In this document: positions 51,081 through 63,770 of the stretch, piece by piece
Position numbering within the stretch: the first letter of the stretch is position 1
Layout: each line of letters opens with the position of its first letter
DNA from: Thalia democratica
Taxonomy: Eukaryota
Direction: 5' to 3'
NCBI GenBank assembly: GCA_965202585.1
Contig: OZ241828.1
Span: 37,448,001 to 37,512,000, forward strand
Length of the DNA stretch: 64,000 nucleotides
Program-made: the position numbers and the translations under genes
The notes under the pieces: generated by a model
What the model saw: only the letters and a program-made list of their open reading frames with translations
The model's database searches: none
What the model was told of the DNA's origin: nothing

Positions 51081-54000
51081 TTAAGAAATAACTTTTGTTG
51101 CTTTATTTATAGACGTGAATATTTTTGGTATCAAGTTATTTAATTTGAGTATATCATGATTGTTTTATTGCCATTAGAAAGTACTTTGCTAAAATTATAA
51201 ATACTCTGCATAAAAAACTGAAAAAAAAATTGAAAACTTTGTTTTATAAAGTTTAAGAAATTTATCTATAGCTTAAAGTTATTATAGTTTGTTATTAAAT
51301 TGTTTTAATGTTAAAATAATGACTTCAACGTATTTTTGTTTTTTACAAACTGTTTTAAATATAATCTTGTATAGTTTTTAAATTTGTTTTCAAACATAAT
51401 CTTTGCAGATTAGTATGCTTAACTAAAAGCGTTAATCGTTTGAAGTGAAAAGAACAGTTTAATTGATCTAAACAACAGTATAATGAATCATCGCTTTTCA
51501 AATAAATCCTGTTAATTGCTACGATAAACTTTATTAGTAATGACATCTTAAGTCAAACATTAAAACAAAACAGATTAAAGTAGAAGCTATTTATAATATC
51601 CTGTTGATGAATAGAACTTATATAAAAATAAAAGTATAATAAGCTTTGTAAATACAAATTTATCTTTAAAACTAGATTCGTTTTTACAGTGGCTTATTGC
51701 TAACGTTAAGTCGGGTCAATTTTTATTATGTATTGTTTGTTATTTGTTGTCTGTTTTAATAAGTAAAAAATTATTACTTATCAAAAAAATATTTAACGTA
51801 TACGTTGATTTGTACATACAATTTAAAAAAAAACTGAAACTGTTTAAAAAAAGTAGCTTAAACAAAAAAAATCTTTTTTATTATGAATAAGTAGAAAATT
51901 AAAGTCAAATAAGTTCACCTTTATTTCGACTGTTATACCTTAAAGTTAGTTTGAATTTTTAGTTAATTTATTATTCAAAACTATGTTAAAATCTTAAAAC
52001 TAGTTTTAAAACCAGTAAATTTACAATATTAGTACTTTTATGACTTGTTCTAGATTTATTTAAAATATTTGTTCACCAATATTTAAAATAAAATATTTCA
52101 ATAGAGACTTTAATATCTAATACAATAGCAAAGAATTTTGTTAAATAATTTATACACTTAGTAGAAACAGTTAAAAACGAATATTAGTTTACTTTTTCAG
52201 TGCAAAAATGTTTCAAAAACAAAAACAAAACTAAGATGTTCTATAACATGGCTTTCTTTAAAAATATCTCTGTTAAGATATTTTAAGTTAAATTTTAAAA
52301 GTTTGAAAAGTATTTTATTTTTTCACAACTACTTTAAACTTATTTTTGAAAACTTATAGATCCTTCCAACTATAAGCTCGATGTGATCTTATCAAAAAGG
52401 TTTTTGTGTGTTTAGTTGTCATAGCGGCTACTTAAAAGCGAACATTTGCTATCGCATCGCAAAACTGATTTTTTAAACTTAAATTACAATTTCTAACAAG
52501 CGTTGAACAGGCGGATTCGAACTTTTATAATTAAACAATTATTTTGTTGCTTTGGTAGTTGTTTTTTATGTAAAATTCTTTGTGATAGAAAAGTTTAAAA
52601 ACGGTTTTTTACCTACATATTTTTTAAAGTTTATGTAATTTGTTTGTTATTATGTCAATTTGTTTTTAACAGATGTTAATTAAATTTTATAAATTAATTA
52701 AAAATTTGAAAACTTTACTTTTTTTATTATTAAACATTATTAATATTTTTTTGTTAGTTTCAATTGTCACTTTTTATTTTGCATTACTTTTTGTTTAAAC
52801 ATTTATTTTATTGCACTTATACGTAACATTTTGTTATCTAAAACAGTCTATATAATTTTTTTTTTGAATTTTAACTTAAAACCTTTACTTTTAAGACGAA
52901 CTTTTATACTTTAATCTAAAAGTAATAACATTTTTATCTTGCTAAAACATTTATAGTTTAGCGTTTGATAAATACAATTCAACGTATATAAAACTTAAGT
53001 CACAGTTTGTAAGTTATAATTTTAAGTAAACTAGCTTTTAAACACTTGTTTTTTTATCCTCATTTTTACATAACTTTTTATAAAGACTATACAAAACTGT
53101 TTATTTTAGTTTTTGTAGTTTTAGTAAAAGAACATGCGGTTTCTTAATTATACTAATACTTCTATTGTTTTTATGGCTTCAGTTAATGAAACAAGTCATT
53201 TGTAATCTTTTACATGATATTTTAATTTAAAAAAAAGTTTAAGGGTAAAACTACTTTTTTTTTTCATTTAGCTGTAATACAAAAGAATTAAGTATTTTTT
53301 AATTAAACTTTTTAACTTAAAAAAAACTACACAAAAAACAACAAAAAATTAACACACTTTTAAACGTAAAGTTTTTTAATAGGATATATATATATATAAA
53401 GCCTAAAGTCATACTCATATAGTTTTTACAATTTCTCAGCTAAAGATTAAAATCTCGTTTTGTTAAAGCTACTTTAAAAATTATAATTATAATATCTTAA
53501 AACACAATATATATATATATAAAATAAGGTTAATGTTCAAACTTAAACACCTTCTACTGAGCCCACTTGAAGGGCTTTTAAATAATTTATTGAAATGGCG
53601 ATTTTAAAAATCCTGGTACATATGTTTCATAAAGCTTTAATTTTTTATAAAGCTTTAATCATCAGCCAGTTATATATATATATATGTACATACATATACA
53701 AAAATAACAGAAATTCTTCGGTATCGTAATCAGCTCTTAAAACTTAAAACAAAATTCTTTAAAAAAACTGTTAAATCTTCTATTAAAGTTATAAAAAATA
53801 AAACTTTTAGTCTTTATATTAACGTTCTAGCTACTTTATTTATAAGTTGTAAATACTAAAGACCAGTGTAAGTAAAGATTTGTAGTGTTATTGAATAATA
53901 ATAGTAATAAAAAAGAATTAAGTAAAAATTTATATCCACTTATTTTATGCGATACTTTTTTATAATTGATGTTCTTGATATATTGATTTGAAGTTGTTCA

Positions 54001-54375
54001 TTCAGTTTAGCATTTTACAGTTTAAAAAACGGTTGATTTTCATTTTATTTCCAGTCTGAACTGTTTCTGTAAAAGTTATATGTGATTAATTACATGGTCC
54101 ATTTGAATTAAATGATAACTACATGTTTTATTGATAGTCACAGTCAATTTACAAAAGCTCTAATCATTCAATTACCCTAACACCGTATTAAAATAATTTA
54201 CAAACAAGGGACTAGTAAAATACCAACACAATATTTATCTTGCACCATTTAAGCTAAGGTAAAAAAAAAACAATATTTTTAAGCTTGTCAAGTCTAAGCC
54301 AAAGCCTTCTTAACTGATTTTGTTTTTTAAAACTAATTAGAGCTTTTTCCAACCAGTTTAGTTTCAGAATTAGAG

Positions 54376-54548
54376 CAAAATGGCGTTACACGATTTGCTC
54401 AAGAAACTCTCGCGGGACGATCAATCTTCACAAGTGAAAAGGGGGCACAATGGACCAACAAAAACTGGCGCCCGCATTTTCATGCCTGAAAATTTCGACA
54501 GACAAAAAGGCGCCTGCGCACCCGCTGAGTTGTGAGCAACGAGTGGTT
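54376..54548 (+). promoter_or_regulatory. Paralogous module A' (downstream copy, inverted relative to A)
   Basis: Blocks at 54376-87, 54418-28, 54439-53, 54466-76 and 54509-17 match the reverse complements of 19305-16, 19266-76, 19241-55, 19217-27 and 19155-63. Confidence 0.7.
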
Positions 54549-55081
54549 TTTATATTAGATTGATTTCAAATTTATTTGGTATTAAAAAAAGTGTTAAACG
54601 CGGAGTCTTGCGTATTTTTTTAAATCTTCTTAGCGTCTAATGAACGTATCAATTAGTACAGCTTTTCATTGGGATATTGACAAAAAAATATAGTAAGAAA
54701 AACTCTGTTGATATTTTAGTTTTTTTTTTAAGCACATTAAACAAATTAAAAAAAAAACAGTGTTCTTCATAAATATTATTAAACGTTTTATTTAAATTTG
54801 CCAGTGTGAGCTGAATAGTTGGTAACTTTTGTTGTATATGTACTTAATAAAAGGTACTGAAGTATCTCAAGAATCTAATATATTTTATTTTTGTTTTTTA
54901 AGGTGACTTAGAAGGATTTTACGTTTATTCTTCGTTAAACACCACTTAAGATCTTACAAAGTCATTTAGTTCTATTGAATTAAGACGAAAAAATGTAGTA
55001 TTTTTAAAGGTTTTTCTTTTATTATAATAAAAACTATTGTTTATTAAACGATAACAGTAAGCGCTTAAAATACTTGGTCAT

Positions 55082-55117
55082 GGGACTTGGTGTACAAAAG
55101 AACCTTTCAGTTATCGA
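55082..55117 (+). repeat. Dispersed repeat family R1, short core fragment
   Basis: GGTGTACAAAAGAACCTTTCAGTTATCGA matches the R1 core. Confidence 0.6.
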
Positions 55118-57051
55118 ATATATAATAATATATATTTTAAAATTATTTTGTTGTTTTTTAATAGTAAACGATAAGCGTAATGAAAATAATTAAAATAAAG
55201 GAAAACTTTCGTTTTTAAATCAATTACATAAATTCAGCTTGAACTTTTTTCAAGTAAAGTTTTAACCGTTATGTTTGATTTCTCTTATCAGATATACTAT
55301 CTGCATGTTAATCTTTTGTAATTATACATATTTTTTTTATGTCATAACTTTTAATCCTATTAACCGTGAGCATTAAATTATGTCATTTATGTTTTTTTCT
55401 GTAAAACAACTTTTTGGATTTCTTAACTTTCTACACTTTAATTTATCTGGAATTTTCAAAGCTAAAGCATTGTTCATACTAGATTATAAAAAATATATAA
55501 AATTTGCTAATTTTTTTTGTTTTCGAATATTCAAAATATTTTTATTTTCAATGTTAACTGAGGTCATGGGTAGTCTATACTCTTTACAAATATCTTAACA
55601 AAGACATTCACAAGTGGGTAAAAGCATAAACACATCATTTTGGAGTATTTTAGATTTAGATTTTTTTAAATTCTTTTAGGTCAGAGAAACAAACTTAAAA
55701 AAAAATAGTCATTTCATTTAGTGGTCGACAGTGCAAAGATTTTTAAATTTTTCATATATGTACTCTAAATTTGATGCACCCAAAATTTGACTAGTACAAA
55801 CAATTAGTTTATTTTTGTACAAAAAAAATTAACAACTAACTGAACAATATAAAAAATGAAAAAAAAGGTTAAAAAGTAGTAAACTTAAAAGCTTTGGTTA
55901 AAAAAAAGTTAACAATAAATGAGTTTTTACAGTAAAATAAACATAAAAACACCATTGAAATATTTTAAACAGAACCAGTAAGTTTAATTTTCTATCAAAG
56001 CTATTCAATTCTAATCATTTTAACTACTTATGTTTGTTTATTTCTCTCATATTTATTTCACTGCACATAAGCTCTATTTAGGACATTTAAACTGTTTTTA
56101 TGTGTTTTAAAAACAAGCTCATTTAAAGGCAGTGTTAATATCTGTTTGTGTTTTAGTTTGCTGTTTTTTAAATTAATTTATCTATGTAAGTTATTGCCAT
56201 CTTTATATTTATTTAAATTGTTTAAATTTTTAAAATAAACAACTAAAAAGTTAATTAAAAACATGTCTAATTTTTTTCAAGGAATGCAAAAGTATAGTTT
56301 TATATTTTGCAATCTAGTTTTACATAAAATTAAAAAATCAACATTTTTAACTTGGAACCATTTATAAATAGCTTGTAAATAATCAAACTGTAGAATAAGG
56401 CATATTTAGCTATTGGTGTGATAGTAAACTTATAGCTAAACGTAAACTAATAGAAAAAACATAATCTTAAAATCTAAAAACAGCTGTGCTCGGAAAACAA
56501 CAAAAAGTTTGGAGCTTTCAATCTGCCTCTAAAAATGCGCTGAGATGTGCAAAAAATTCACATAGTTTTTTGTTGTTGTTGTTTTAGTATAAAAAAATAA
56601 CAAGGATTAAATCAGTTTAAAACTGTTTACTTCAGAACAAAACAAATTATTTAAAATTGGTTATGAAAATCATAGCTTTATCTATTTGATAAAAAGTACG
56701 TTTTTGATCAACGGTAGAAACATATAGAGTTGTTATAAACTAAAATTCAGTTACTGTATTTTATTCAAAAAGCATGTGAGAGATTATTTAATGTTTAAAT
56801 AGGTTTTATAAAATTCTTGAACCTTTCTTAAGGAAGTTTACAGTATTTAACAAGATTAGTCTTATGTTGTTAACGGTAATATAATTAAAGAATTTAATGT
56901 AAGAATTTTATACAAGATATTGGTAGCTAAACATTTTTTAAATTAAGTTTTCTTAAATAAATAAGTTTTTAGTAGTGCATCTAACTAACTAATCATATGT
57001 AAGGGTGTTTAATTTATAAAAAAGTCACAGAGTTTATTTAAATTTTTTGTC

Positions 57052-59667
57052 CTTAGCGAACTGAACAACAAAAAAGTTACTGATTTAAACGTGAAGCACA
57101 ATAGAACTATATATTCTCTGCATCGCAATCAGATGCAAAACTACTCCTAGTTTTTCAAGAGATAATTCTGTATTAAGTTAGTTAATTAATTTTCAAGATA
57201 AGCACATAAATAATTTTATAGTGTAACAAAGTTTTAATTAAACCTAGCCAGATTTAACATTGAATTTTAAGTTTTTGTTCCAAATCTGAACCATGTTTAC
57301 AAGTTTGAAAGACCGTGCAGTAAAAACCAAGCAAACTAAAATGCTGATAATACGTATGTGGTTAAATAAAAAGTTGACGCTTTCGGATGCTTATTCAATA
57401 AATCTACTACTGAAAATTGACGACAATTAAAAGTAAAGTCCTATAAATTTACAAGCTCGCAGACTACTTATCTGTTGACAGTAACTTGACAAGTTTTATT
57501 TTAACCAAAATTAATAAACCAATTTTTATGTTTCTTAAAACAAACTGTTTGTGCAAATTCTTTGCAGCATTAACAAAACGATGTAGAGAATTTATAGACT
57601 CAAGTATAATATTTTAACTTCTTCTACACAAACTTGAAGCATTTTGCATATAAAGCAGTTTTGAATGCTCAAAAGTTCATGGGTAGAACTTTTTAACTCG
57701 GCTTCCTGAAATACTTTTCCTTTGACAAGATTCTATTTTTTTAAAGAGATGGGTTCAAACTACAACAGAGTGTGTATAAACATATATTAAATTAATTAAA
57801 ACAAACCTAAGTTGGTTTTGTAACAGATAGATGAAGAGCTTAAGTTTGAAATTATTTTAAATGAGGCAAACATGACCTTAAAGAATGGAAAAAAAACTGA
57901 CATGATTTTAAAAAATACTTAGATGTCGCCAGGCTCACTCTACTGATGCAATCCGAGATCTCTTAAATGAGGTTTCTACTGAATAAAAAAATGCATTTAG
58001 TTGTGCTAATGTAATAAATTTTATAAAAATAAGACTACAATTAAAAGGTTTTACCAATGCGGATGAGGTAATAAGTTTAGTGTTGCTATGAAAGTTTCAG
58101 AACACAAAAAAGTAAAAAGTGTTTAGTCTAGGCCCTTTCATGAGTAGATCAAATAAGACCTACATTCTTAAAACTACTTAATTATGCTAATAAAGTAAGT
58201 GTTGTATATATTTTTAACAGTATATAAAAAAATGTTCTATCTTATTTTTATGCTGATCGCTTTGCGTGAATCAATTAAAAAAAAAACCTAAAATTTGTTT
58301 ATCTTAAAGTTTTGTGAAGTTCATTGAAGTTTTTTTTTTAAATTGTTATTATTATAACTTTAAAATAATATACTATACGATTGATATTAATTCATGAAAA
58401 AAAAATCCAACACCAAAGAGTATACTCAGATTGACTTGAACTCATGGAATACTGTAAGCATTGTTTTATAAAACAAGCACAACTAATATTCTTTTAATCA
58501 AAAATATACATTTTGTAACAGTTAGCGTACTTTTCATTTCAAGACCAAATTTATGGTTGTGAATCAAGATTAATTTACAACCCTTAAAATACCTTAAAGC
58601 TAAGTTTTAAGTACGGTTATAAACACGATATATTGAAAAATATCTTTTATTAAACATGTTTTGATTATTATTGAACAGTACTTTTTTATGAGTATATTTT
58701 AGTAGTTAGTGTAATAAGAAATTGTAAAAACTTTTTTTAGATTAGGTGTATGTTGTAGAAATAATTATATGAATTTGTCGCTATTGAATGTCTTATCGAA
58801 ACTCACAACCTTGATACAAGTATAAGCTGTTCCAGTACCTTGTTAATTACCTTGAAAGAAAGTAAAAAGGTAAAAAACCAAACTCTTTGCTGCTTAAAAA
58901 TTTTGTTTAATCCAATTACTTTTGTTTTAAATTGTTAGTAGTGTTAATAGTCTTTCTTATATTCTTTGAAAACTCAAGTGGTATACTTCTAAAATTAAAA
59001 CAGTTACTCATATATACATATATATATAAACGCACTATAACTACTTTATTCAAGACAAGTTTTTTGAACTGGGAGGAATAACGTTGCTCAAAAAAAAAGA
59101 AAAAAACTAGCAACTTAGTTTGGTCTGTCAGGCCTGGCAGAAAAAAATACCATTAGAAGCAGAGCTAACATATTATCTTCCAGGTCTAATTTTACTGCCA
59201 ATCATATAAACGAAATCACCTTATATTTTCTAATTCTTACTTAATTATTTAAGCTTTTTTGTAATAGTTTATTTGAAAATTTTTATTTTAAAATTTACTA
59301 CTTTTTTTTTGTAAAAACACTTCAATTTTCAAACATATTTAGGTGGCGACGATAAACACAGAAGAGCATCTGTGGAGTACTACTGACCAGATTTAAACAA
59401 ATAAAAGAAGTTTCTAGCTCCAATGCTCTTCCTGAGAATCACTCACTTGCATTATAGATGACCGTCAATACATAGTAGGATAGTTAGCCGAAAATAAATG
59501 GTTTTCTAAGTCATTAACTAACTGTTGTTTTTTGCACATACAGCATATTGGAAGATGAGAAGAAAACGTTTGTTGAGTGTATATGAAGATATGATCTGAT
59601 TACCAAGAGTTGGCACCTCTTCACCAAAATGAACTTTACTTATCATCTGGGTATTGCTTGCGGGTGA
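57052..59667 (+). pseudogene. Decayed Kelch-like (BTB-BACK-Kelch, KLHL family) pseudogene
   Basis: BTB remnants: LSELNNKKVTDLNVK...F S/HR (57052-57130), MFTSLK (57293) and IYY*KLTTIKSKVL*IYKLADYLSV (about 57402-57476). BACK-like: RWV and KYLDVARLTLL (57740-57950). Kelch: GGDDKHRRASVEYY*PDLNK* (59343-) and RYDLITKSWHLFTKMN (about 59590). Multiple stops and frameshifts. Confidence 0.65.
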
Positions 59668-60763
59668 TTAAATGCAGATTTAGTTGATACAGTTATTTTG
59701 AACTTATCTTCTCAAGCACTATATTGTCATAAATGAACTGAATATATTTTATATATTAAGTTCTAAAACATACTCCAAATACTGTATTTTATTCTTAAGT
59801 TCAAGTTGTCTACAATTTTTTTTCGCTAACTATAAATTTTTAAACCTTCTTGATAAAAAACCTATACTATGTAAAATTTCTAGAATTAACTTTTATAACT
59901 TGTAATCTTTCTCTTCATGCTTCTTTTTTATTTTAAACTGTGCTAGATAAAGGAGACTGGTTTGTTTAAAGTGTACTGTTAAAATACTTTTGAGTCATTA
60001 GTTGACTACTATACATTTTATTAATAAATATTTGATGAAATAAACAACTTGTTACTGCATAATGTTACTACTATTTCATTGTACTTACTAGTGAGAAAGA
60101 AGAAAAATAACTAGAATGAAAACTACTAGCTTTAAGTGTGTTTCATGATATTAAGTTTTTAAAGTCGTTATATTCTCTAAAAACAAGTTTTTATGAATTT
60201 TACTACGCCAAAATGCTTAAAAACCTATAATGCTAAAACATTTTGATTAATAAGCTTTTTTTCTGCTGAGATAAAGAAGCATTTAGTATCTTTGATATAA
60301 GATAATTTGTATACGAAAATTTAAACTAGTAGTGTCTAGTCTTGGCTCTTTAAAATACAAATGTATAGTGTTTTAATTCCTTTAGATTTTTTTGTTTTTT
60401 TGATTCATAAAAACGTAATTACACAAATACAGAAAAAACACATCTTTGGGTTTGGTTTATTTTTGAGAATAAGATAATTAACCACTTAAATTCAAATATA
60501 AAAAATTTTTTGTAACATAAAAGTTCTTCAAGACCACATCGCTTTAAAAGTAAATTTTTTTGGAATTTAGATTATAAAACAAAAAATGTATCTAGTTTAA
60601 CTTGTATACTATATTTTTAGTTCTATGCATTAAACATATCAAAATATTGATGAAAACAAAATAAATTGTAATTTTTAAAAAGTAAGTAAGAGAGATAGTA
60701 ACTAAGAAGTTTAAAATTTGTTAAACTAAAAATTAATTAAATCTTAAATCAATTTTAAATTAA

Positions 60764-62710
60764 GACTTTAACGAATCTTTCCATTCGATCATGAAACCTA
60801 ATTGTTTTATTCATCTCGCAAACGAGCCTCTTCTCCACTACTCCCTGAACGTGTTGCTTCGCAGCGGCGTTGAAAAAATCATCATCGCGTGCAAGCAGCG
60901 ATCGAGCGAAGAAGTGGTGGAGTATTTGCAGAGCCGCAAAAAGTGGGCTCATAAGTACAAGTGCGGCGAAATAAAGGTGATTCCCCTCAATGACGACGTG
61001 AGCAGCGTCGGCGACGTGTTCAGGGAACTGGACGACGTCGTCACGGATGACTTCAAATTCATCCCGTTCGATGTCGTGTCGAGCGCCGATTTATCGAAAG
61101 CTGATGAGGAGGAGTCATCCCGTTGACAAGACCGCTCCCATGTTGACGGTGGTTCTGACGGACGGCGTCGGCACCGAGCACGAGCTTCGGCAGTTGGAAG
61201 ACGACGTCATAGTCGTTTACGACTCTGCATATTTCACGCTGCGTTATTTCAACAAGACCAAGTGTGAGAGGAAGCACTCCATGCCGATGTGCCGATGTCC
61301 TTCGTGCGGGGCTCAGCGTGAACTATCGAGTTCTTGATCCCGGCGTCTGGGTTTGCTCCAAGGAAGTCATCGAAGTTTTCAACGACAACTTTGACTTTGA
61401 CACCCAAGACGTTTTTATCAAAAACGTGATAGAGCTGTTTGAGTTTCTGGGCAAGGAGGTTCACGTTCACCTGCTGCGCTCCGGTTACTGCTGCAAAGTG
61501 ATCAACTTGACGAGGCACCGCGTGGTTCAACGTGACGTCATAAACAGAAAACTGTGCCCGCTTTTACCTGAAAACCTCCCAGCGTCAACGAGTGAAGGAG
61601 GGTACGAGGTTGGCGCGAAAGGAAATTACTTGCACAGCACCTGTCAGCTCTCGTCTGCTGTGAAGGGGAAAACTTTCACGATTGGACCTAACACAAAGAT
61701 TGGGAGTTCCGTGACTGTAAACGAATCGGCAGTGGGTAGCAATTGCATTTTGAGCAGCGGTTGCGTCGTTGAAAATTCAACGCTGCTGGGCAATGTGAAG
61801 GTTGGTGAAAAAAGCTTGGACTATTAACTCCTTCGACGTCGAGATAGGAAGCAACGTCATAATTGACAACTGCTTAATATGCTCAGGGGTGAAAATATCA
61901 GACGACGTTAAAGTTCCTCAGAACAGCATAATTGTGTATTACTTAGGTAAAAATTCAAAAGTACTAGTTGAAAAGGACATTTCTTACGTTGGAAAAAACG
62001 GCCTAGGCATGCATTACTCCTTGAATTCTGACATATTTTGTGAAGATATTTTAGCACTGGAAAACACTACCGACATGACCAACAAGCTCTGGGGTATCTC
62101 CATTGACAACGCGAATTATGTGTCAGAGGATGAAAACGAGAGCACTTCTTCGGATGAGGACTTGATGCTCGACTCTGACGAATTCAAAAGAGAGGTCGAG
62201 GAGACGGTTGCGAGACTCGTCGAGGAGCCCAACGTGGAAACGACGAACCTCGTACGGGAAATCAACGCTTCGAGGCTCAGCTACAACGCGCCGTGGAGAA
62301 AAGTGACGAACGCGGTGGTCACTTGCGTCATGGAGCGTTTCGTCGATGAGCTGCGAGCTGGAGGCGCGTCGAGGAAAACGGCGTTTGACGGAGTGGCGGA
62401 GTTGTACGGGGGGCTGCTTAGAGAGTACGTCGCGGAAGAGGAAGAAGAGGCGCTTTCGGCGCTGACCGCCTACTCGATGCGCAACGAGACTTTCATGGGA
62501 GCGCTTTCAGTCGCGCTCAACTCCTTGCTCTTGCGAGACATCGTCCAGCCGGAGTCCATTGTTCAATGGTACGAAGAAAACCCGGCCCATCGGCGAGGAG
62601 CTGTTACCGAGACCAGATGCGGAAGATCAGAGAGTTACAATCTTGTTACAATGTCTAAACTTTTAAGTTGCTTTTGCTTCAAAATTTTAGCCAGTGTTGT
62701 TATCTACTAA
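60764..62710 (+). pseudogene. EIF2B5: Intronless, N-terminally incomplete, frameshifted translation initiation factor eIF2B epsilon homolog (probable retrocopy; sequencing errors not excluded)
   Basis: Four overlapping ORFs (60791, 61047, 61264, 61802) cover in order the nucleotidyltransferase-like domain (LANEPLLHYSL, SVGDVFRELD, FNDNFDF), the left-handed beta-helix (IGPNTKIGS, VGSNCIL, IGSNVII), the acidic linker (KLWGISID..SEDENES) and the W2/HEAT domain (FKREVEETV, LVREINASRLSYN, DIVQPESIVQWY). Homology extends upstream to DFNESF at 60764. Confidence 0.8.
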
Positions 62711-62828
62711 TAATATTCACAAAATGACAATCGTTACCTGTTGAGTTTCGTGTTTCTAAATTCTTGTATAAAACTAATAATTTGTTTTGTCTTCAAGTAT
62801 TAACCAACAGCTTATATCTACTAAAACT

Positions 62829-63454
62829 GGGAACGGTACTAAATAACACGAGAACAAAATTACACGAAAGCTCCAAATTGCACAAAGATACTTTTGCACG
62901 AAGACAAATTCGCACTAGGGCACAAAAATGAACGAGAGAATAAAATTGCACGAAGACGATTTTACACCGAGGGCCAATTTTGCACGAGTTACATTTTTGC
63001 ACGAGGGTAAAAAAAATACAGAAAAAAAAGCACTAAAAGATAAAAAAGTTACTGACCGAAGGTAACAATTAAGGGTACCAACTAACAGTGATAGTAAAAA
63101 TAAATAACTAATAAAATATAATATTAAAAAAGAACACTAAGAGAAAAAAAACTAAGAAAAAACTACCGACCGACCGAGGGTAAGGGTTAGAGATAACAGT
63201 GATAGTAAAAAAAAATAATAAAAAAAGAATAAAAAAGAAAAACTACCGACCGAGAGTAAGGGTTAGTGGTAAGAGTGCAAGTAAAAAAAAATTCAACCCG
63301 TGCAAAAATGTCTCCGCGCAAAATCGTCTGCTCGTGCAAAAGTATCTTCGTGCAATTTTATCCACGTGTAATTTTATCCCCTCGTGCAAAATTGTCGTCG
63401 TGCAAAAGTATCTTCGTGCAATTTTGTACGCTCGTGCAAATTTGACAGCTACCC
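62829..63454. mobile_element. Non-autonomous Mutator-like (MULE/foldback) element, 626 bp, with a perfect 9-bp TSD
   Basis: ACTAAAACT directly repeated at 62820-28 and 63455-63. Termini are GGG...CCC. About 9 subterminal TTGCACGA-type units on the left and about 9 inverted TCGTGCAA units on the right. The A-rich core carries repeated CTACCGACCGAG.GTAAGGGTTAG. Confidence 0.85.
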
Positions 63455-63770
63455 ACTAAAACTATCTGCAAATTTGACTAACATCCGTTAATTTTTTTTT
63501 AGTAAAAAACGATAATTCGTTATTTTTAAGTGTTAGCCAAGAGTTAAATGACTGCTTAAAATACTTTCTACATGACTTGAATATTTTTTAGTTTTTTTAT
63601 TTATTTACGCTGACTAATTCATTGAGCGAGAACAATTATTAAAGAAACAGTTTTTTGAGAAAATGTAAAATATAGTATAGATAAATGACTAGAAAAACAT
63701 ATTACTTTAGTTTTAATTAATTATTTACTAACTTGTATTTAAATTATAGAAAGCAACTTGTATTGAATTA

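Noticed and set aside
61073-61100. 28-nt GT..AG mini-intron that would repair the first eIF2B-epsilon frameshift
   Set aside because: Too short compared with all other introns here, and it would delete the conserved DVVSSADL segment.
63199-63459. ORFs 63199-63459 (+) and 62793-63002 (-)
   Set aside because: Translations of the MITE's subterminal repeats, not a transposase.
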